DNA of 48,956 nucleotides from Octopus bimaculoides (taxonomy: Eukaryota): contig NC_069000.1 of NCBI RefSeq assembly GCF_001194135.2, positions 11,452,495-11,501,450 of the forward strand, read 5' to 3'. The notes under the pieces are model-generated. The model saw only the letters and a list, made by a program, of their open reading frames with translations, had not been told where the DNA came from and searched no databases. Below are positions 1 through 12,065 of the stretch, piece by piece. Positions within the stretch are counted from its first letter, which is position 1. The number at the start of each line of letters is the position of its first letter. Position numbers and translations under genes: made by a program.

Positions 1-14
1 TATATATGTGTGTG

Positions 15-49
<35 letters not shown>

Positions 50-223
50 ATACAGCTGCGTGGGTATATGTAAGTGTATGATTAAATATATGTGTGTTTA
101 TGTGTATATGAATGGATGTATATATATAATTGCAAAAACACTCACACTTACACAAGCACATGCACATACATATTTGCATATGCGTATGTATAATATATCC
201 ATACATACATTACATACACATAC

Positions 224-270
<47 letters not shown>

Positions 271-288
271 CACACACACACATGGATA

Positions 289-329
<41 letters not shown>
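1..329. repeat. Compound (TG)n/(TA)n/(CA)n microsatellite
   Basis: Direct reading; accounts for the CV/YI/HT pseudo-ORFs at 6-393. Confidence 0.95.
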
Positions 330-796
330 ATTTCTATTCTCCATTTCGTTTCTGATTGAAATTTCGGGAGTTCTTTCCCTTACACCTTCTTAGAGTATTT
401 TTCATCAAAGTTATATATTTTTTTTTCTGATTAAGGCTAGTGGTTTCATTTAATCAAAAATAAATAAATAAATAAATAAATTTAAAAAAAATAAAAGCAC
501 TTTCAGCTCACAACATCAAAATAATGTTCCTGATAGAGAAATCACCTCTGAGAAGTTTTCTGTGTCGTATTTTAATATATTAAATCCGTGAATAAACTTC
601 ACACGAGAAAACTTTTTCAAATAGTAGTTTTGAAATCATGATATCCATGTTTCATTGAGAAGGTCTATTTATGCCAAAAGCTATCCCGAGTCTTGCAATG
701 GTGGCGAGCGATTAAATTCACCAACACATACCTCTTTCCTTCATATTTAATTGAAATTTAGGAAGTTCTCTCCCTTGTTGATTCTAAGCATAATTT

Positions 797-797
<1 letters not shown>

Positions 798-849
<52 letters not shown>

Positions 850-850
850 A
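798..850. repeat. (TCTA)n tetranucleotide microsatellite
   Basis: About 13 perfect TCTA units. The same motif recurs near 12003-12063, 21753-21825, 26335-26408 and 35517-35570. Confidence 0.95.
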
Positions 851-940
851 TTTTTCACAATGTTGAACGGTTAATCCCTACACACTTTTTACTCGCTCTG
901 TTTTTTTCGTTCTCTCTCCATTTTCCTCTCTCAATCTTCC

Positions 941-1035
941 CTGTCGACGAGCGTAGGCTCGGAATGTCAAAAACTTTTACATTCTTCACGAGCGTCAAAC
1001 TAATATATCTGCTTGTTGTTCCTTCACCTGTCTTC
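941..1035 (+). mobile_element. Interspersed repeat copy carrying a degenerate hammerhead-like motif
   Basis: Aligns by eye over about 95 bp with the reverse complement of 16785-16883. Begins CTGTCGA-C-GAGC-gtag-GCTC-GGAA-TGTC. Confidence 0.65.
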
Positions 1036-1281
1036 ATCTTTTTGCAAAGTCCCCTGGAGACTCCTGTTGTACTTTTTCGCCCCAACTTTCTCTCACTCTT
1101 TCTTCCTGTTTCTTGAGTAACGCTGCGATGGTTTGGCGTCCCGTCCAGCTGGGGGGTGGGGACACACATACGCCATAGAAACCGGGAAACCGAGCCCATG
1201 AGCCTGGCTAGGCTTGAAAAGGGCGCATAAACAAAAAATAGAAATGAATTATCTAAAAAAATCCAAACAGAAGACGAATGT

Positions 1282-1500
1282 GAAGGCGCATACGCTAGTG
1301 GTCAGGTTGTAGCACCCATGATCTTACGATCATGGTTTCGATTCCTGGGCCGCGCAGTGCGTTGTATTCTTGAGTACAACACTTCATTTCACGTCGCTCC
1401 AATCCACTCAGCAGTGAATAAGTCCCAACAATAGCTACGAAGTTAGCCCTACGACAGACCGGAAACAGGTTAAGCTCCGGCAGTCAGAGTCTGTCGCTCA
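1282..1500 (+). mobile_element. Diverged tRNA-derived SINE (family T)
   Basis: A-box-like CGCTAGTGG and B-box-like GGTTTCGATTCC, followed by a TTCTTGAGTACAACACTTCATTTCACGTCGCTCCAATCCACTCAGC core shared with 1971-2275, 40032-40182 and 45160-45482. Confidence 0.75.
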
Positions 1501-1970
1501 TGACGGACCTAAATAAGCACTTAAGACAAAACTGTGAAATTATATTTCACCATTCATATAATATGTAATAAAAATTATTTGACTTTTATTATTAATTGAA
1601 AATAACTCGTAGGTAACTAGTTTTTATCTTTATATGAAAACATATTTAGAAAAATATTAAATATTATCTCTGTAATCAAACTTTTGACTAGGGCTCTATA
1701 CTTATTTATTTAACAGATGGGCTTCCCTCCCACTTATACAAACAAGTACGTACCTCACACGCACACCAACATACACATACACACTGAGATACCTTCATAC
1801 ACACAATGGTATGTGCATGTGTGATGAGTAATGTAACATTGGCCAGTTAGAAATACATTCAATGAGAAGAGACGACCAACTCCAAGTAGAGACAAAGACC
1901 TATATTCATTTGCTAGCACAATGAGAAATATATCAACTACTCTACTCTAGAAGTTTATTGTGCAATTATT

Positions 1971-2275
1971 GGAGGTGCGTGGCTTAAAGGTTAGGAGTAT
2001 TCGGCTCATGATCATAAGGTCGTGAGTTCGATTCTCGGCGGTGCGTTGTAACTTTGAGCAAGACATTTTAATTCACGATGCTCTATTTCACTAAACTGGC
2101 AAAAATTAGTTCTACCTGTCATTCAAAAGACGAGCTTTGTCACATTCTGTATCGTACTGAATCCCCTTGCGAACTATGTTAAAGACACGTGCGTCTGTGG
2201 AGTGCTCAACCACTTGTATGTTAATTTCACTAGCAGACTGTCTGGTTGGTCGAATCAACTTTGCGCTGATAGATT
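1971..2275 (+). mobile_element. tRNA-derived SINE (family T), near full length
   Basis: A box TGGCTTAAAGG and B box GAGTTCGATTC; collinear with 45160-45482 along its whole length. Confidence 0.9.
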
Positions 2276-2977
2276 AACAGAGATCAATGATTTAGGAATT
2301 TACTTCATGATCACCAGGTTTCAGATTCGATCCCACAGCGTGACATCAGGGCCAGGTGACTTTTATCTTTTCCTCGGGAGAACACAAACCTTGTGAAGTT
2401 AATTAGGCTGAGGGAAACGGTTGACACAATAAGTACAAGTTGATCACTAAGGTCGATGTAATCAACTTATCCCCTCCCTATCGAAACCGGCTTACCCTCC
2501 TCCCTACTAAACTAAGCTAGGACCAGTCTTGCATAATGCCTTTTCCATGTTAGCTCACGCTCTATCTCATGTACTGTGAAGATTTTTCTCAACAGTCCTC
2601 GTTGCAGCTAAATCGTTCGAACATAACAAATAATATAACCGAACGATTTTTTAATTTTACCAAAAGTCCAACATGACCCCTTTAAAGGCACTCATAAAAA
2701 AGAAGGTTACTATTAAACAAAATACTGGGTGGAAGAGACCAAATTAGATGGAGGAGGAACAGAATAATTCAACAGGATAATTATTCCTGTATCACATTGA
2801 CAATAAGGCGCATCAACAAGCAAGGTGTGAACTACTTCTATTATTCTTAAGTCGATGAATAATAACATATGAAACATAATGAAAGAGATTAATGATCATT
2901 GGAGATAACATTAATATCATTCATTGGTGTATTTTGCAAGACAGTTGATTCCTAAACGAAGATTTTGAATTAAAGTA

Positions 2978-3014
<37 letters not shown>

Positions 3015-3032
3015 CTTATTACCCTAAATATC

Positions 3033-3220
3033 AGACAGCGAGCTGGCACAATCGTTAGTACTCCGGGGAAAATGATTAGTGCTAGAAAATTCTGAGTTCA
3101 AATTCTGCTGTGGTCAACATTGCCTTGAATTTTTCGGGGGCAATAAAACAAGCACCAGTTGAGTACTAGGGCACTAGGATCCAGGTCATCGACCTAGCCC
3201 CTCTTTTGTGCCAATCATTA
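3033..3220 (+). mobile_element. Diverged SINE (family G: GGCGGCGAGCTGGCAGAA head)
   Basis: Head AGCGAGCTGGCACAATCGTTAG and TTCTGAGTTCAAATTC match the reverse complement of the copies at 8781-9626. Confidence 0.75.
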
Positions 3221-3489
3221 TCGTCTGTACTCAACTAACTGAATCATATGTATATTGACTTCTGCCTAAGCTATGTGTGTGTGTGTGTGTGTGTGTGTGC
3301 ATGTATAAAAATCATACTCGTCGCTTGTGCCGCATATTGGAACTGAAACTGAAGCCAGTCGATGCGTAGCGAACTTGTTAACCACACGTTGACGTCAACG
3401 CTCAGTACAGACGTTTATAGACACACGTGCAGACGATGGTATTAAAACCAAATCTATGTGCAATTTTATATACCACATAATATATATGA

Positions 3490-3523
<34 letters not shown>

Positions 3524-4676
3524 CACAGAAATACATATCTACACTTCCCTCCCAATCCATCACATATTAAAAGTCTGAGTAAATTCTACGAAATAAGCGC
3601 ATTTCATTGGAACAAATTAGATTAATGCTTTTTGCATATCCCTTAAATAAATAATTCCCCCATCACTTTCATATATTCTATTTCAGACATGCAGACTTCC
3701 CTCAAGTCAATCACTGTTAAATGTTCTCAATATTTTTCAGCTCTTACGTTGACTGATTGCATTTTATCCCAATCATAAGCATTCAGAGCTATTTATTATT
3801 CAACTAAAAGCCAAACCGCCCGTGGTAAGCCCTAGCGTCTAATAACTCAAGGGGGCATTCAGCTGAACCGCTGTTTTCACAGGGAGTTATATTATACTGT
3901 TGATATGGTAAGAGTTATTGGAGTGATACAGAAAGAAACAAAACGTACTTTCTTTGCGCAAACGCTTATCATATATGTGTGTGTGTATGTGTGTGCATAT
4001 ACGCATGTATGTATGTATGTATGTATGTATGTATGTATGTATGTATGTATGTATGTGTGTGTGTGTGTGCGTATGTGTGTATGTATGCATGTGTGTATAT
4101 GTAGGTATGTAAGAATGTATGTATGTACGTATGTGTATGTATGTTTGTATGGATGGATGGATGGATAGATGAGCGTATAAATGTATGCATGCTTCCTTTC
4201 ATGCATGTCTGTGTATATATGTATTTATGCATGTGTGTGTGTATATATATATGCANNNNNNNNNNNNNNNNNNNNNNNNNNNNNNNNNNNNNNNNNNNNN
4301 NNNNNNNNNNNNNNNNNNNNNNNNNNNNNNNNNNNNNNNNNNNNNNNNNNNNNNNNNNNNNNNNNNNNNNNNNNNNNNNNNNNNNNNNNNNNNNNNNNNN
4401 NNNNNNNNNNNNNNNNNNNNNNNNNNNNNNNNNNNNNNNNNNNNNNNNNNNNNNNNNNNNNNNNNNNNNNNNNNNNNNNNNNNNNNNNNNNNNNNNNNNN
4501 NNNNNNNNNNNNNNNNNNNNNNNNNNNNNNNNNNNNNNNNNNNNNNNNNNNNNNNNNNNNNNNNNNNNNNNNNNNNNNNNNNNNNNNNNNNNNNNNNNNN
4601 NNNNNNNNNNNNNNNNNNNNNNNNNNNNNNNNNNNNNNNNNNNNNNNNNNNNNNNNNNNNNNNNNNNNNNNNNNNN

Positions 4677-4726
<50 letters not shown>

Positions 4727-5699
4727 TGTGTGTGCGTGTGTATGTATGCAAGCATGTACATTTGTTTATACACGAATCTATGTATGCATGCATGCGAGTG
4801 TGTCTCTTTCTCTCTCTGTATGTGTGTGTAAATGTGTATGCATGTAACTACGTACAGATATATACATGCATTTGTGAGTGTGTGTATGTATGTATGTATG
4901 TATGTATGCAAGCATGGACGTTTTGTATATATATATATATATATATATGAATCTATGTATGCATGTATTTACATGTATGTATACATGTGTATATATTCAG
5001 ATGTTATTTTTCTTTCTATACTTTTTATATTTATCTTTATATATTTAGAATTTAATCTCTCATAATCATCTGTTATGGCTGCCGTAGACTTTATATATAT
5101 ACGTGGTAAGGTCGGAATTATTGGCTGGGAAAGGACAGTATGGTGGATGTTTAATTTAAATTAAAACAGATTTGCAGAACACATGGGAAAAACACATGAG
5201 CAGGGAAAGTCTTTCAAAGGAAAAATATGGCTGCTTTGTTTATATCGGAGTCCATAATATGACGTAGAGTGAATAGAAATGAGTCGAACCCATTGAATAT
5301 CTAGTTAAAAGTGTACTCTACTGTATATTATAGATCATTTCGACCAACCGTCACTCGCGAGCGAGTATGGCTTGTTCATATGTACCATACCTTCACTGAT
5401 TGTTTTGGATTCCTATCTAACTTCTACCTGACATACATACTCTCTTATCCCGCTCTCTCATTTGACCAGTGGAATAATCAGGATCTCAAAGATAGGGAAA
5501 GGGACGGTTGCACCAGCACCCAGATGGTGCTAATTTTTCATCTCAATAAATAAGAGCAACGTGAAATCACGTGCTTTGTTCAAGGAAACGGTGTACCAGC
5601 TTTTCCAAGAATTGAACCAACGCCATTATGATTATGAGTTGGATATCGTAACCAGTGGACTACGAACCTTCACTGAGTTCAGGAGAGTAGATATGTTTG

Positions 5700-5890
5700 T
5701 TATTGCTGTTGTTGTTGTTGCTGTTTAGTTCCAGGTTAGTTTCGATCCAGGAGAACTATCGTCAAAGCTTTCCTGTCGTAGTCTTTCTTCTGGGCATAGC
5801 GAATAAAAGACCTCATTTTCAAATGTATCCTTTTTTGTAAGACACAAAAATATGATTTCAGTGTGATTTGGCTGCTATTTCTTGCAAGCT
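5700..5890 (-). mobile_element. Diverged SINE-like repeat (family C) ending in a (CAA)n tail
   Basis: Shares ATTTGGCTGCTA and TTTAG..CCAGGT segments with 20870-21003, 24950-25050 and 47760-47925. Orientation is inferred from the (CAA)n tail. Confidence 0.55.
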
Positions 5891-6703
5891 TCTTCCTTGG
5901 CAGTTGTTTTTGCCGTTGCCTTACGTCACAATAAAAAGCTCATCTTTACTTTAAAAATTTACCTTGTATTTTGTAGGATATTTGGTTGCTATCTCTAGGA
6001 ATTTTGCGACTACGTACTGACTCCTGATTTCCATATACGTCTAGTAACAATACAGATCTAAAAAGTCTTTATACTGGTTTTTGTAGCAATATGGCACACG
6101 AATTAGCTTTCTGAGTCTTTCAGGTATAATATTGAAATTCTCGTTGCACAATCTAGAGATGTTGCTATTAATATATAAGATTGCTGGAACGTAACACTTT
6201 ACTACTGAACCTAGAATATTCGACAGCATTCGAAATCGAGAAGCAGATCACATACGTAGCCATCTTTGTGGGGAATAGAACTCTAAATGTATTTGCAAGT
6301 CGTTTGGCTTCCTTAACTACATCTTCTACGTGTGTTGCGAAAGATGTAAGGGATGTCCTAGATAATTCTCCCTACTTTTATCATAATCCGTGTGCGGTCT
6401 TTTTTGTCTTATCTTCGTCTTGTGTCTTATCTATGTGCAGTGTATTCGTATTTGATGTTTCTTTCGGTTTGTCTGATAAAGCGATAAGTATCTGCCGTTG
6501 CTGTTTTGTTTAGCCTCAAGTCAACCCTCATCGAGTAGATCTTCGATGCGCAAATAGTCAGTGAAGCGATTAACTGCAATTCACGCAGCCATTATTCTAG
6601 ATATTCCATGTCTATCGTTTACTGGATGCTCATGCTGTGCATTGTGACGGGAAACGTTATGCTGTATCGTATGAAGTGTAGTCCAGCTATCTTTCAACTT
6701 ATA

Positions 6704-6913
6704 TTCTTTTATTCATTTATTTGTTTCAGTTATTTGACTGCGGCCATGCTGGAGCACCGCCTTTAGTCGAACAAATCGCCCCCAGAACTTATTCTTTGCA
6801 AGCCTAGTACTTATTCTATTGGTCGCTTTTGCCGAACCGCTAAGTTACAGGGAGCTAAAAACACCAACATCGGTTGTCAAGCGATGGTGAGGGGACAAAC
6901 ACACACACACACA
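6704..6913 (-). mobile_element. SINE 3' half (family A), abutting (CA)n and a gap
   Basis: Closely matches 40943-41140 (TTTGACTGCGGCCATGCT.GAGCACCGC...ACCGCTAAGTTAC...CATCGGTTGTCAAGCGATG). Confidence 0.9.
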
Positions 6914-7916
6914 NNNNNNNNNNNNNNNNNNNNNNNNNNNNNNNNNNNNNNNNNNNNNNNNNNNNNNNNNNNNNNNNNNNNNNNNNNNNNNNNNNNNNNN
7001 NNNNNNNNNNNNNNNNNNNNNNNNNNNNNNNNNNNNNNNNNNNNNNNNNNNNNNNNNNNNNNNNNNNNNNNNNNNNNNNNNNNNNNNNNNNNNNNNNNNN
7101 NNNNNNNNNNNNNNNNNNNNNNNNNNNNNNNNNNNNNNNNNNNNNNNNNNNNNNNNNNNNNNNNNNNNNNNNNNNNNNNNNNNNNNNNNNNNNNNNNNNN
7201 NNNNNNNNNNNNNNNNNNNNNNNNNNNNNNNNNNNNNNNNNNNNNNNNNNNNNNNNNNNNNNNNNNNNNNNNNNNNNNNNNNNNNNNNNNNNNNNNNNNN
7301 NNNNNNNNNNNNNNNNNNNNNNNNNNNNNNNNNNNNNNNNNNNNNNNNNNNNNNNNNNNNNNNNNNNNNNNNNNNNNNNNNNNNNNNNNNNNNNNNNNNN
7401 NNNNNNNNNNNNNNNNNNNNNNNNNNNNNNNNNNNNNNNNNNNNNNNNNNNNNNNNNNNNNNNNNNNNNNNNNNNNNNNNNNNNNNNNNNNNNNNNNNNN
7501 NNNNNNNNNNNNNNNNNNNNNNNNNNNNNNNNNNNNNNNNNNNNNNNNNNNNNNNNNNNNNNNNNNNNNNNNNNNNNNNNNNNNNNNNNNNNNNNNNNNN
7601 NNNNNNNNNNNNNNNNNNNNNNNNNNNNNNNNNNNNNNNNNNNNNNNNNNNNNNNNNNNNNNNNNNNNNNNNNNNNNNNNNNNNNNNNNNNNNNNNNNNN
7701 NNNNNNNNNNNNNNNNNNNNNNNNNNNNNNNNNNNNNNNNNNNNNNNNNNNNNNNNNNNNNNNNNNNNNNNNNNNNNNNNNNNNNNNNNNNNNNNNNNNN
7801 NNNNNNNNNNNNNNNNNNNNNNNTATATATATATATATATATATATATATCGTCAGTAAATTATGAATCCGAAAGAGAAGCACACTCTAAGTTATAGAGC
7901 AGTAGAGACACAAATA

Positions 7917-8176
7917 GTTATGACAGGTCTATGGGTTTACCCTGGGTTTCATGTCCACAAAGCGCTTAGCTTTATAGCGTCTCTTCAGACCCTAATAGTC
8001 GGTGGCCAATAACTTCTCTTCAAAGTGGAGAAAGAAAAGACCACGTGGCTAGTCGTTGAACACACGGACGAAGGAGAAGGGGTTAATCGCAAGGGATTGT
8101 CTCCCTTAGTCTACTATTACGGTCTAAGCGCTTTGTGGACGTGAAGCCCTGGGCAATCTCATAGACAAGTCATAGC
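7917..8176. mobile_element. 260-bp MITE with about 53-bp imperfect TIRs and TA target-site duplication
   Basis: Left TATGACAGGTCTATGGGTTTACCCTGGGTTTCATGTCCACAAAGCGCTTAG versus reverse complement of right TATGACTTGTCTATGAGATTGCCCAGGGCTTCACGTCCACAAAGCGCTTAG (43/51 identical). TA flanks at 7915-7916 and 8177-8178. Confidence 0.85.
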
Positions 8177-8780
8177 TATCTTTATCTTATATCTATCAGA
8201 GAGAATTAAAAACAATAAAGAGCAGGCTATATTATTCAGTACAGAGTCCTATCATGGAAAGGTATTACTTAGACACGGATAGAAATAAATTTTTCTGATG
8301 ATTTACAACCTAATTTCTAATTATTTTTTATAAGCAGCCAGGTCTTTGTAAAAGTGAAATCGTAATAAAATTGATTAAGATAAAAGTTGTAAATATACTT
8401 GGCATAACAAGCTAATGGCTTCCCTGTACCTGATGAGATTTCAATTTATTTTAATTACTATTACTAATTTTATCAAGCAAGATATAATAGCTCCTATAGG
8501 TATAATTTAACATGTTGATTATGTTACTTCACCGCACCCTGCCCTTGCGCCCTCTAAAGCCTAACGCCTCCCTTTGATATAACTAGCATCCTCTTGAGGG
8601 CGGTACCGCCCACGATGAGAACCTTTGCTGTGGACCAGAGGCGGAACAAAATACAATGCCGAAGCTCACTTGCAGGATTTGCACTCGGTTATTAATCAAC
8701 GAAATTAATTACTGCTCAGCGTGTTACCATCTGTGCCACACTTACAGTCAAATAACAAAATCAGAATAAATTATACTAAG

Positions 8781-9626
8781 ATAATCCTTTCACCTATAAG
8801 CACACAAGGCCTGAAATTTTGAGGGATGGAGTTAGTTTATTACAACGACCCAAATGGTTAACTGGTCACTATATCATCGATTCCGAAAAAACGAAAGGCA
8901 AAGTCTACCTCGGTGGAATTTGAACTCAGAATGTAGCGACGAGCAAAATACCGCTAAGCATTTCGTCCAGCGTGCTAACGGTTCTGCCAGCTCACCGCCT
9001 TAAATTGTGCTAGAATAATAATAATGGTTTCAATTTTTGCCACAAGGACAGCAATTATGGGGGAGGGGATGAGTCGATTACATTGACCCCAGCATTCAAC
9101 TGGTACTTATTTCATCAATCTGGAAGGGATGAAAGGTAAAGTGGACCTCGGCGGAATTTTGAACACAGAACGTAGTAGCAGACGAAATACTGCTAAGCAT
9201 TTCAACCGGCGTGCTCAAGATTCTTATTTCTTTATTATCCACAAGGGGCTAAACATAGAGGGGACAAACAAGGACAGACAAATGGATTAAGTCGATTACA
9301 TTGACCCCAGTGTGTAACAGGTACTTAATTTATCGACCCCGAAAGGATGAAAGGCAAAGTCGACCTCGGCGGAATTTGAACTCAGAACGTAAAGACCGAC
9401 GAAATACCTATTTCGTTATTGCCCACAAGGGGCTACACATAGAGGGGACAAACAAGGACAGACAAAGGGAATAAGTCGATTACATCGACCCCAGTGCGTA
9501 ACTGGTACTTAATTTATCGACCCCGAAAGGATGAAAGAAAGTCGACCTCGGCGGAATTTGAACTCAGAACGTAACGGCAGACGAAATACCGCTAAGCATC
9601 TCGCCCGGCGTGCTAACGATTCTGCC
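8781..9626 (-). mobile_element. Cluster of four same-orientation family G SINE copies (about 8781-9001, 9018-9222, 9225-9408, 9409-9626)
   Basis: The block CCTCGG(C/T)GGAATTT(T)GAAC(T/A)CAGAA occurs four times. Copies 3 and 4 are near-identical. The minus strand reads B-box-like GAGTTCAAATTCC. Confidence 0.9.
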
Positions 9627-10406
9627 TTTAAATCGTGCTAAAATAGCAGTAATAATAATAATAATGACTGTATCAAATTTTGGTACGCGGCCAGTAATCT
9701 TAAGAAGTTTGGGTTAGCTGCTTGATTATATATTTTATGATTTAAGTTTACATGGTTTCAAAATAACTAAAGATTGAAGTTAAACAAAAGTTTCATATTC
9801 TATATTTGAGAAGATTAAATAAAGTTCATTGATTAGTTATCATAAGTTATGTTCATGCAACCTCTTGCCAGAAACAAATCAATTCGATAAATATTTGCCC
9901 AGTGCAGCGCAGCTAGCGAACTCGCTAGTATTTATATTAAGTACAATATTTATATTTCTGTATGTTAGCATCTTACTAACTGTTTCGTCAATTTTTCGTG
10001 TTCACAAAGCGTATTTCAATTCATATTCTGCTTGATTTTTCTTAAAGCTATCATTATAAATACGTGACCGACAATGTTCTCTTATTTGTTATTATTTCCG
10101 TTAGTTCAATTATTTTTGCATTGATTGTTTCTTTCTAGCTCCGTATCCATCTGCAAGCTTGTTTCTGTAGCAAAGAACATGCTCAGCATAAAGCGATGAC
10201 ACGCCAGATATCCAGTTTGTTTATTACGTAACATTATTCCTGAGACTGTCTTCAAATTAAATTCGAAGACAACGAGAGAAGGAAAGGCGGGAAAGAAGAG
10301 AAAAATGATATAGAGTTATATATATGGCATTTGAGATAGAAACAATTTTGCATTTATCAAATTCATTTTTTGTTTTTCTGCGAAGCAAAAGAGCACATAT
10401 TTTTCA

Positions 10407-10605
10407 ATTGTTTCAGATATTAGACTGCAGCCATCCTGGGGCACCGCTTTGAAGAATCTTAGTCGAATGAATCGACCCCAGTATATATATTTTTTTCAAA
10501 GCCTGATACTTATTCTGTCGTTTTGTTTTGCCAAACCGCTAAGTTACAGGAACATAAACATACCAACACCGGCTGTCAAGACAACCACAGACACAGACAG
10601 ACACA
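10407..10605 (-). mobile_element. Diverged family A SINE 3' half
   Basis: GACTGCAGCCATCCTGGGGCACCGC...AACCGCTAAGTTACAGG matches 6704-6913. Confidence 0.8.
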
Positions 10606-11275
10606 GACCCCCCCCCCACATATATATATATATACACACGCATACATACATGGATGCACATAGTGTGAAATGGAAGGAGTAAGTGGAAGAATATTAGATA
10701 AAGAGAATGTAGATGTCTACAGCGGTCGTTTTATGACAACAGTACAATTATATACATATTCGACATTTACATGTATAATAAGCTCATTTAAAAGTGAATT
10801 ATAATGAAATATTTCAGCAGTCTCGACAGCCGTCTACCTAATCTGTTCTATCTACGTTCTGGCTATTACACGCTTCCATAGTTTTCACACTTGCCCTGCA
10901 TCTTTCAGCACGGTCATTCATTGCTAAGGATAACTAAGTGGTTAAGTCAATTGCTTTTTTTTTTTTTTTTTTTTTTTTTCTCTTTCCCCTTTCCCTCTTT
11001 TTAATAACATTTCGTATCTTTCAAAGATGAATTTTGATGCTGATTAAGACTCTGAAATTCTGATCTGACTAGTTTGACAAGTAGCGTGTATCACAACTGA
11101 CCGAGTTATTGACAAAGAGACTGCAGTTCAAATCTCGTTAGTACACCGCTTAAATCCAAATATCTGTTCCCTCTTGTTTTCCACTTAAAATACTTCTGTA
11201 ATTAGAAGGGAAGGTAGTTCTCCATGTTACCTTTACAGGGCTCCTTAGGCTGATAGAAGGGAGGAAAAAAAGTAT

Positions 11276-11402
11276 ATCTCTGAAGAGGTCTAGCGGTTCG
11301 TGCATCTAACTCCATTTCAACATTTCATCCGATGATCACTCCGGCAAGAACTATTCGGATAGAATGGGGCATGACAAAGCTAGGCCGAAACAGCTGTAAG
11401 AT
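11276..11402 (+). ncRNA. Type I hammerhead ribozyme candidate with intact core and extended stem II
   Basis: Stem I ATCT (11276-79) / AGAT (11399-402). Core CTGAAGA (11280-86). Stem II GGTCTAGC (11287-94) / GCTAGGCC (11379-86). GAAA (11387-90). Stem III A-C-[AGCT palindrome]-G-T. Cleavage triplet GUA, cut after 11398. Confidence 0.8.
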
Positions 11403-12002
11403 TAAACTTCTGTTCATTCTCTGATTCCTTATGTACTTTGTACTTCTATCTGTAAACCCGGTTGGCAAAATAACATGGTTTGTCATAAATACCTGTACTT
11501 TGTGGGGTTTTTTTTGTCACTTTAGCTATGAATTAAATTAATGAATTCAACGGGAAACACTGTCTGCAAGTAGTTGGGTTCAGCATATTATCCTCCATTT
11601 TCTAATTGATATACAAATTTGGGGTAACCCTTCCCCCCTTTTTACCCGCTCCCATTTATTGCACTTGGTATAACACTAGTGTAGCAATAATTGGGTACCC
11701 TCCCAGCAGTATATTGGATAGATACTATCCCTTAGTGGGTTGAATCCTCAGCCCCTAACTCTCTCGCATTATATATATATATATATATATATNNNNNNNN
11801 NNNNNNNNNNNNNNNNNNNNNNNNNNNNNNNNNNNNNNNNNNNNNNNNNNNNNNNNNNNNNNNNNNNNNNNNNNNNNNNNNNNNNNNNNNNNNNNNNNNN
11901 NNNNNNNNNNNNNNNNNNNNNNNNNNNNNNNNNNNNNNNNNATGTATGTATGTATCTATTATTCTTTCTGTCAATTTTTCACACAAGCTCTCTCTCTCCC
12001 TT

Positions 12003-12065
<63 letters not shown>

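Noticed and set aside
855-1199. 114-aa minus-strand ORF as a gene
   Set aside because: It overlaps a dispersed repeat whose second copy (16785-16883) does not preserve the frame.
1971-2050. tRNA genes at SINE heads (also 40110-40182, 45165-45235, 22790-22870)
   Set aside because: A and B boxes are present but run into shared SINE cores, and no complete cloverleaf is evident.
6041-6513. Possible second Penelope-like C-terminal fragment
   Set aside because: Only a vague resemblance; no GIY-YIG motif could be read in any frame.
8597-8610. Palindrome GGGCGGTACCGCCC
   Set aside because: A single short palindrome is compatible with chance in 49 kb and has no supporting context.
8781-9626. CRISPR-like or satellite array
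   Set aside because: The units are about 200-bp SINE copies that are also dispersed elsewhere, with no repeat-spacer structure.
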